Below, piece after piece: positions 19,577 to 25,285 of a stretch of 64,000 nt of DNA. How positions within the stretch are numbered: position 1 is the stretch's first letter; each line of letters starts with the position of its first letter. The notes under the pieces are model-generated. The model saw nothing but the letters and a program-made list of their open reading frames with translations, had not been told where the DNA came from and did not search any database. Source of the stretch: Anaerolineales bacterium. Lineage in GTDB: Bacteria; Chloroflexota; Anaerolineae; Anaerolineales; RBG-16-64-43. The position numbers were made by a program, and so were the translations under genes. The DNA lies in the NCBI GenBank assembly GCA_035288225.1, contig DATEAT010000052.1:1560-65559 (forward strand), read 5' to 3'.

Positions 19577-19588
19577 TGGTATATACCA
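19577..19588. promoter_or_regulatory. perfect 12-bp palindrome TGGTATATACCA, candidate HutC/GntR operator
   Basis: It matches the HutC-type GT-N-TA-N-AC core. It is embedded in ATTGGTCTGGTGGTATATACCAAT, just downstream of the predicted -10 and 29 nt upstream of the gntR ATG. Confidence 0.55.
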
Positions 19589-19599
19589 ATCTCGGGGAC

Positions 19600-19628
19600 A
19601 GGATAGCATGGGTGGACTTCTGTGTCAA
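19600..19628 (-). promoter_or_regulatory. sigma70-like promoter of the gntR-mttB operon
   Basis: On the minus strand it reads TTGACA - 17 nt - TATCCT. Confidence 0.5.
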
Positions 19629-20078
19629 CTCACTGATCCCGCCCCCTCTCTCGGGCGGCGAGTCGTCGCGTTTCTCCGACGAGCGCGAACTTTGTGTCTT
19701 CGAATCCCGCTGAGCCAGATCGATGGGGCCGCGCTTTTCTCTTCGCCCCTTCGCACTTCGTGCGCATCCACCCTGGTTCTCGCCGGCACGGTTCAACACC
19801 CTGCCGAGGGGCGATCTGCCTCACAGGTTCCCTCTCCGTACGAGTGGTTGAAAGGATTCGAGCGATTCGCACCAGGACGTGGTGGCCTAACCGCGGATGC
19901 GGGCAAAGTGTCCGTAATCGGGTTGCTGATGTGACGGAGGCCGGGGCGCCGACGTTCGAAAGATCGAGGCCGGACCCTCGTACGGAAGGATTCGGGGGGG
20001 CCAATGACCTCGCGGGTGGCTCGGATTGGACCGTTGGGGGTCCCTCGTGCGATGCACGCCCAGAGGCGGCCGCCCGAT

Positions 20079-20122
20079 AACAGAAAGGAGGCCGCAGCCG
20101 AAAAGGTCCGGCTGGAGCCTCC
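20079..20122 (-). terminator. rho-independent terminator after tRNA-Asp
   Basis: On the minus strand, GGAGGC-tc-CAGCCG-gacctttt-CGGCTG-cg-GCCTCC is followed by TTTCTGTT. It starts 9 nt after the tRNA 3' end. Confidence 0.6.
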
Positions 20123-20131
20123 ATTCGTTCG

Positions 20132-20209
20132 TGGCGGGAGCGACGGGATTCGAACCCGCGGTCTCGGCCTTGACAGGGCCGCGTGTTAGGCCAGCTACAC
20201 CACGCCCCC
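20132..20209 (-). tRNA. tRNA-Asp (anticodon GTC), CCA encoded
   Basis: Reverse complement is GGGGGCGTGGTGTAGCTGGCCTAACACGCGGCCCTGTCAAGGCCGAGACCGCGGGTTCGAATCCCGTCGCTCCCGCCA. It has a 7-bp acceptor stem, anticodon loop CTGTCAA and T-loop GGTTCGAATCC. Confidence 0.9.
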
Positions 20210-20220
20210 GAGTGCCGCGC

Positions 20221-20250
20221 ATCATACCATACCCCGCGCTGGGCCGTCAA
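20221..20250 (-). promoter_or_regulatory. promoter of tRNA-Asp
   Basis: On the minus strand it reads TTGACG - 18 nt - (TGG)TATGAT with an extended -10 TG. It ends 11 nt before the mature tRNA 5' end. Confidence 0.55.
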
Positions 20251-20346
20251 TCCAACCTTAGGTACAATCAAGGGGGGCGGCGCAAATTTGCCAGGTGCCG
20301 TCCGCGAGATTCGTTATGATGCCCATGCCAACCGCCCCGTTGCCGC

Positions 20347-21312
20347 ATGTCATCTTCTAACCCAGCCCCCGCCTACCTGCGCCTCGGGCGCAAGACGGCT
20401 CTCGCCGAGCGGGCCAAGCGCGCCCGCGCGCACCTTTCGGCGTGCGACCTATGCCCGCGCAATTGCGGCGCCGATCGCACTCGCGAAGCCGGCACATGCC
20501 GCACCGGACGCGCCGCGCGCATGCTGGCCTACATCCCCAACTTCCACGAAGAGGCGACCATCGTCGGATCGCGCGGCTCGGGCGCGATTCTCTTCGCCGG
20601 CGGCGAATTGCGCAAACCCGGCGCGCCGCTTAACGAACAGCGCCCGATGGCCTTCAGCCATGAAAGCTCAGAGCGCGAGGTAACACCCGCCGAACTGGCA
20701 GCGTGCATGCTTGAGCTGCAAACCGCTGGCTGCCACAACATCAATCTGGTCAACCCCAGCCATGTCGTGGCACAGATCCTCGAGGCCTTGGCAATCGCCG
20801 CCCGCCAAGGTCTGACTGTGCCGCTGGTATACAACTCAAACGGATACGACGCAGCGCAGGCCCTGGCCTTGCTCGAGGGGGTTGTCGACATCTACGCCCC
20901 GGAGATGCGCTTCGGTTATACACGCGAGGCGCGCCGCTTCCTCGACGTGCGCGACTACCCACTTATCAACCGCGCCGCACTGCGTGAGATGCACCGCCAG
21001 GTGGGCGATCTGGTGGTGAGCGATGACGGCTCCGCCATACGCGGGCTGCTTGTGCGCCACGTGGTGCTGCCTAACCGCCTGGCTGGCACATCCTACGTTG
21101 TCCGCTTTCTGGCGCGCCAGATATCACCCCATACGTATCTCCATCTGGTCGACGACTTCCGGCCCACGCGCAGCGCCAAGGGACTTGGCGATTTGTATCG
21201 CAAGATCACGCCGCGCGAATTAGAGAGCGCTAAGACCTTGGCCAGCGAAGCGGGCTTGCATCGGTTCGGACGCATCGCGCACATCGAGCGCGGCCCAACG
21301 ATTGCCGTGTAA
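20347..21312 (+). CDS. PflX-like radical-SAM paralog lacking the CX3CX2C cluster motif (possible non-catalytic partner or decaying duplicate)
   Basis: It aligns along its full length with the downstream gene. It keeps the N-terminal CDLCPRNC...GTC motif. Where the partner has GCNLRCQFCQNH, this copy has GGELRKPGAPLN. Confidence 0.7.
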   Translation: MSSSNPAPAYLRLGRKTALAERAKRARAHLSACDLCPRNCGADRTREAGTCRTGRAARMLAYIPNFHEEATIVGSRGSGAILFAGGELRKPGAPLNEQRPMAFSHESSEREVTPAELAACMLELQTAGCHNINLVNPSHVVAQILEALAIAARQGLTVPLVYNSNGYDAAQALALLEGVVDIYAPEMRFGYTREARRFLDVRDYPLINRAALREMHRQVGDLVVSDDGSAIRGLLVRHVVLPNRLAGTSYVVRFLARQISPHTYLHLVDDFRPTRSAKGLGDLYRKITPRELESAKTLASEAGLHRFGRIAHIERGPTIAV

Positions 21313-21337
21313 GCGGCGCACCGGGCGGCAGCCGCCC

Positions 21338-22240
21338 ATGACCAAAACCCCCGCGTATCTCACTCTGCACCGCTCTGGAGAACTGGGCGCGCGCGCCCGG
21401 GAGGCCGCCGGCCGTCTCACCTCCTGCGATCTGTGCCCGCGCCGCTGCCGGGTGGATCGCACAACGCACGCCGGCACCTGCCGCATCGGGCGCTGGGCGC
21501 GCGTCGCCTCCTTTGCGCCTCACTTCGGCGAGGAAGCCCCTCTCACCGGGCATCATGGCTCGGGCACGATTTTCTTTTCCGGCTGCAACCTGCGCTGCCA
21601 GTTCTGCCAGAACCACACCATCAGCCAGAGCCCCGATGCGCCGGAAGTCGATGCCGGCGAACTGGCCGCGATGATGCTTCACATGCAGGAGCTCGGTTGC
21701 CACAACATCAACCTGGTCTCGCCGAGCCACGTGGTGGCGCAGATACTCGAAGCGGTGCACCTGGCCGCGCACCAGGGGCTGCGCCTCCCGCTGGTCTACA
21801 ACAGTGGCGGATACGATTGCCTCGAGGCGCTGCACCTGCTCGAGGGCGTGATTGATATCTACATGCCGGATATGAAGTATTCCGACGCGCGGGTCGGGCT
21901 GGCTTACTCGCACGCCGCCGATTATCCGGCCGTCAATCGGGGCGCCGTGAAAGAGATGCATCGCCAGGTTGGGGATTTGGTGCTGGATCCCGAGGGCCTG
22001 GCCGTGCGTGGGCTGCTGGTTCGGCATCTTGTCCTACCCAACAATCTGGCGGGGACTCGTCAGATCGCACGCTTTCTCGCGCACTCGATCTCCCGCGCGA
22101 CGTATCTGAACCTGATGGACCAGTACCGCCCGGACTATCGCGCGGGCCAGCACGCCGACATCTGCCGCCCGCTGACCCAGGAAGAGTATGCGCGGGCACG
22201 GTCGGCCGCCGAAGCCGCCGGCCTCACCCGCTTCGCGTGA
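21338..22240 (+). CDS. radical SAM protein (PflX-like, COG1313-type)
   Basis: SGCNLRCQFCQN is the canonical CX3CX2C motif. The N-terminal CDLCPRRC...GTC is an auxiliary Cys motif. The likely start is MTKTPAYLTL at 21338 within track ORF 21302..22240. Confidence 0.8.
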   Translation: MTKTPAYLTLHRSGELGARAREAAGRLTSCDLCPRRCRVDRTTHAGTCRIGRWARVASFAPHFGEEAPLTGHHGSGTIFFSGCNLRCQFCQNHTISQSPDAPEVDAGELAAMMLHMQELGCHNINLVSPSHVVAQILEAVHLAAHQGLRLPLVYNSGGYDCLEALHLLEGVIDIYMPDMKYSDARVGLAYSHAADYPAVNRGAVKEMHRQVGDLVLDPEGLAVRGLLVRHLVLPNNLAGTRQIARFLAHSISRATYLNLMDQYRPDYRAGQHADICRPLTQEEYARARSAAEAAGLTRFA

Positions 22241-22270
22241 TCCCCGCACGCCGGGTGGTCATTCCACACG

Positions 22271-22301
22271 CCCACCGACACTCTCGGTGGGTCGCTCTTT
22301 G
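22271..22301 (+). terminator. possible terminator after the radical-SAM pair
   Basis: CCCACCGA-cactc-TCGGTGGG is followed by TCGCTCTTTGT, which is a weak U-tract. Confidence 0.4.
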
Positions 22302-22399
22302 TAGAGGACCCGGCGCGCGGTAGAATGCCGCGTGCCTAGCGTTCGCAATGCGCCATGTCTCGCGGCACGTAAGACCGGTGAGCGAGGGAATGAGGAACT

Positions 22400-23248
22400 A
22401 TGACCACGAATCCGAAACGGTTGTTGGCCGTGCTGGCCCATCCGGACGACGAAACCTTCGGCACCGGGGGCACGCTGGCCCTTTACGCGCGCTTGGGCGT
22501 GGAAGTGCATCTTGCCTGCGCCACGGCCGGCGAGGTGGGCGAGGCTCCCCCGGACCTCAAAGGCTTTGCCTCGGTCGGCGAGATGCGAAAATCAGAGCTG
22601 CGTTGTGCGGCCCAGACGCTCGGCCTGACCCAGGTGCACTTCCTGGGTTATCGCGATTCGGGAATGCCCGGCTCGCCTGACAATCTCCACCCACAGGCGC
22701 TGGCTGCCGCGCCCCTCGAAAAGGTGGCGCGCGAGGTCGCGGCGCTCATCCGCCGAATCCGCCCGCAAGTTGTGATTACTTTCGACCCGATCGGCGGTTA
22801 TCGGCACCCCGATCACATCGCGATTCATAACGCGACGGTCGCCGCCTTTCGCATCGCCGGCGACGATAAGATCGTGCTCGACGGGCTGCCCGCCTTTGCA
22901 CCGCAGAAGCTGTACTTCCACACCTTTGGGCGCGGCTTCCTGCGCCTGGCCGTGCGATTGCTGCCACTCTTCGGCCGAGACCCACATCATTTCGGCAAGA
23001 ACGGCGATATCGATCTGACCTCATTCGCGGGTGTTGATTTTCCGGTGCACGCCTCGGTATCGATCCGGCGAGTCATGAAGCTCAAAGAAGAAGCCTCCGC
23101 CTGCCATTCCAGCCAGGGCGGCGGACGCATGTTGGGGCCGCTGGCTTTCCTGCAGCGCTGGCTCGCTGCCAGCGAGCACTACATGCGCGCAGTTCCTGCG
23201 CCTGTGCCGGGACGCCGCGAGCGTGATTTGTTCGAGGGCGTGACCTGA
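22400..23248 (+). CDS. PIG-L/LmbE-family N-acetylglucosaminyl deacetylase
   Basis: AHPDDETFGTGGTLA and HPDH motifs of the LmbE family are present. GAGGGAATGAGGA lies upstream of the ATG. Confidence 0.8.
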   Translation: MTTNPKRLLAVLAHPDDETFGTGGTLALYARLGVEVHLACATAGEVGEAPPDLKGFASVGEMRKSELRCAAQTLGLTQVHFLGYRDSGMPGSPDNLHPQALAAAPLEKVAREVAALIRRIRPQVVITFDPIGGYRHPDHIAIHNATVAAFRIAGDDKIVLDGLPAFAPQKLYFHTFGRGFLRLAVRLLPLFGRDPHHFGKNGDIDLTSFAGVDFPVHASVSIRRVMKLKEEASACHSSQGGGRMLGPLAFLQRWLAASEHYMRAVPAPVPGRRERDLFEGVT

Positions 23249-23268
23249 GGCCAAGCGATCATGTGCGA

Positions 23269-23290
23269 GAGGGCATAGCACGCCTTACAC
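23269..23290 (-). repeat. repeat module C, copy 2 (inverted)
   Basis: gagggcatagcacgccttacac is the reverse complement of the module C consensus with 1 change. Confidence 0.75.
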
Positions 23291-23397
23291 TTGGCCGCCC
23301 GCGGACGGCACACGCCCAAATCCCCGCGCACGAAGGATGCGCGCGGCGCAGCCTCGCGAGCTGCTCCGGCGTTTCGGCCATTCCATGCCTCCTCCAT

Positions 23398-23448
23398 GTC
23401 ATTCCGAGGGGCAAAGCCCCGGGAAATCTCGACTGGCGATAGGAGAGA
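23398..23448 (+). repeat. repeat module B (GTCATTCCGAGGGGC-loop-GCCCCGGGAAATCTCGAC...)
   Basis: It shares GTCATTCCGAGGGGC..GCCCCG(A/G)GAA(A/C)TC with 44644 and 44771. In inverted form it matches 57671 and 57841. The copy at 57841 also shares the tail TCTCTCCTATCGC(A/C)AGTCGAGAT. Confidence 0.75.
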
Positions 23449-23481
23449 GGATTGCGGGCAAGGCGTAGCCTCTCCCGCGTA

Positions 23482-23503
23482 GGGGCACGCCATGGCGTGC
23501 CCC
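23482..23503. repeat. repeat module A: perfect 22-bp palindrome GGGGCACGCCATGGCGTGCCCC
   Basis: Identical 22-mers occur at 57724 and 62676, with a degenerate copy at 60906. The flanks (C)TGTTGGGG.../...CCCC(T/C)AC are also conserved. Confidence 0.85.
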
Positions 23504-23654
23504 AACAGGGATGAGGGGAAGATGTCATTGTCGGCCTCGGCGGGTTCCGGGGTGAAGCAATGTTGGAGCGGCGAATTTCGCGACCACGGGGTAATGGGGA
23601 ACAGGAAGTAGGCCGGATCGCGCGCAGCCCACTCGCTCACGCAAGGCGCTCTGG

Positions 23655-23682
23655 TTTCCCGCTAGGTACACGCGGGAATGAC
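23655..23682 (-). repeat. repeat module D (GTCATTCCCGCG-loop-CGGGAA hairpin), inverted copy
   Basis: ttcccgctaggtacacgcgggaatgac is related to the copies at 32807, 32943 and 33036. Confidence 0.7.
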
Positions 23683-23759
23683 GAACATGAGAACACAGAT
23701 CAGAGAGGAACCGCCTGGGGATTGCCGGGCGGCTGTAGCTCATTCACGCGCGGATATCC

Positions 23760-24911
23760 TCACGCGCCGGTCAGAATATGCCGGGCGATGACCATGCGCT
23801 GCACCTCGCTCGTCCCCTCGCCGATGGTCATCAACCGCGCGTCGCGATAGATGCGCTCCACCGGGTACTCCGACGAGTACCCGTAGCCGCCGTGAATCTG
23901 AATCGCATTCCGGCAGACTCGCTCCGCCACCTCGGTGGCGAGCAACTTACCCATGGCCGCCTGTAAGGCGAACGGCTGGGCGCCCTGTTTGAGCCATGCC
24001 GCGCGATAAACCATCAGCCGTGCGGCCTCGATCTCCGTGGCAGCATCGGCCAACATCCACTGGATGGCCTCGAACTCGGCAATTGGACGACCGAAGGCGG
24101 ATCGTTCCTTGGCGTACTTGATTCCCTCTTCGAACGCCGCCTGGGCGAGCCCCACGCCGAGAGCACCGATGCCGATGCGCCCACCGTCAAGTATCTGCAG
24201 CGCCTGCGCCAGTCCGCGGCCAGTTTCGCCGAGCAGGTTCTCCTGCGGCACGCGGACTTCATCGTAGGCGACGGCGTGCGTTGGCGAGCCGTGCAAACCC
24301 ATTTTCTTCTCCGGCGCGGCAATGTTCAACCCGGGAGCATTGGTCGGCACGATGATCATGCTCATCGACCGCGTCCCACCCGCCGGATCGGTGCGCACCA
24401 GGGTCACGATCACATCCGCCACGCTGGCATTGGTCACCCACATCTTGCTGCCCTGGATGACCCATTGCTTTCCATCCAGATGGGCGCGGGTCTTCACGCC
24501 TCCCGCCAAATCGGAGCCGGCGCCGGGCTCGGTGAGCGCGAGCGAGGCCAGGTGCCCTGCTCCAGTGGCGAGCGGCCGAAGCCACTTTTCCTTTTGAGCC
24601 GGCGTGCCGAAGAGCGCCAGCGCGCCGCACCCGAGCCCGTTGTGAGCGGCAATAGAGAGGGCCGTGCTGCCGCAAGCCCTGCCCAACTCTTCGATGGCGA
24701 TCGCGGCACTGACAGCATCAACACCGGAACCGCCGAATTCCTCCGGTACGTTCAATCCTAGCAAGCCCAACGGTCCCATCATGGACACGGCTTCCCAGTT
24801 GAACTCGCCGGTTTCATCCACGTGCCGAGCGCGCGGTTTGACCATTCGCTCGCAGAAGGTGCGGATCGAATCACGCCACATGCGTTGTTCATCGGTGAGG
24901 TTGAAATCCAT
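23760..24911 (-). CDS. acyl-CoA dehydrogenase
   Basis: The protein runs MDFNLTDEQRMWRDSIRTFCE...GGSG...IGEGTSEVQRMVIARHIL, the classic ACAD layout. The start at 24911 lies inside the longer track ORF. Confidence 0.85.
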   Translation of the reverse strand: MDFNLTDEQRMWRDSIRTFCERMVKPRARHVDETGEFNWEAVSMMGPLGLLGLNVPEEFGGSGVDAVSAAIAIEELGRACGSTALSIAAHNGLGCGALALFGTPAQKEKWLRPLATGAGHLASLALTEPGAGSDLAGGVKTRAHLDGKQWVIQGSKMWVTNASVADVIVTLVRTDPAGGTRSMSMIIVPTNAPGLNIAAPEKKMGLHGSPTHAVAYDEVRVPQENLLGETGRGLAQALQILDGGRIGIGALGVGLAQAAFEEGIKYAKERSAFGRPIAEFEAIQWMLADAATEIEAARLMVYRAAWLKQGAQPFALQAAMGKLLATEVAERVCRNAIQIHGGYGYSSEYPVERIYRDARLMTIGEGTSEVQRMVIARHILTGA

Positions 24912-25220
24912 GGCGCCCTCCACAGGCAGATGGGTGGTGACCGCGGCGAGGTGAACCCAAGGCAGAAGTGAGGGTAACGCGCACGCGGCAGAAAGATGGA
25001 GACTTGGGGCGCGGGGTCGGCCCGACTCCCCTCGACGATTGTTGCACCGCGCAGGATTAGGGAGAGCCTGGTGCAGCATGCCGGCCCGTAAGGTTCACGC
25101 CCGCCGGGCCACTCCGTAGTGCGTGGATGATACACCGCGCGCCAGCCCGACGCGAGTCGCACTGAGCCTGTGGCCTCGAGGGGCAGGGCATGGCGCACAA
25201 GCGAGTGACGCGTGACCTCC

Positions 25221-25255
25221 CCAAGAACGCAAACGGCCGCGGGTACTCCGCGGCC
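25221..25255 (-). terminator. possible terminator downstream of the PBP gene
   Basis: An 8-bp GC hairpin GGCCGCGG-agtac-CCGCGGCC (minus-strand reading) is followed by GTTTGCGTTCTT on the minus strand. Confidence 0.45.
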
Positions 25256-25285
25256 GATGAGGTCTGTAGTGCGCGTTCAGCCTGC

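Noticed and set aside
19549-19700. Cobalamin riboswitch upstream of the corrinoid operon
   Set aside because: No B12-box-like sequence or GCCACTG core was seen on the minus strand. The short 5' UTR is instead occupied by the GntR-type palindrome.
19629-20130. RNase P RNA, tmRNA or SRP RNA next to tRNA-Asp
   Set aside because: The segment GAAAAGGTCCGGCTGGAGCC superficially recalls the RNase P P4 sequence, and GATTCGAAGAC recalls a tmRNA 5' end. However, the universally conserved GAGGAAAGUCCGG and ACAGAAnCCGGCUUA boxes, a tRNA-like T-arm/acceptor end and the SRP GGAA tetraloop helix are all absent. The 20087..20122 hairpin is better explained as the tRNA-Asp terminator.
23261-23700. Possible CRISPR array, considered because of many short repeated palindromic sequences
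   Set aside because: The repeats belong to several different families. They occur in both orientations with irregular spacing and are scattered over seven loci. No cas genes are present. This is a REP/MITE-like mosaic, not a CRISPR array.
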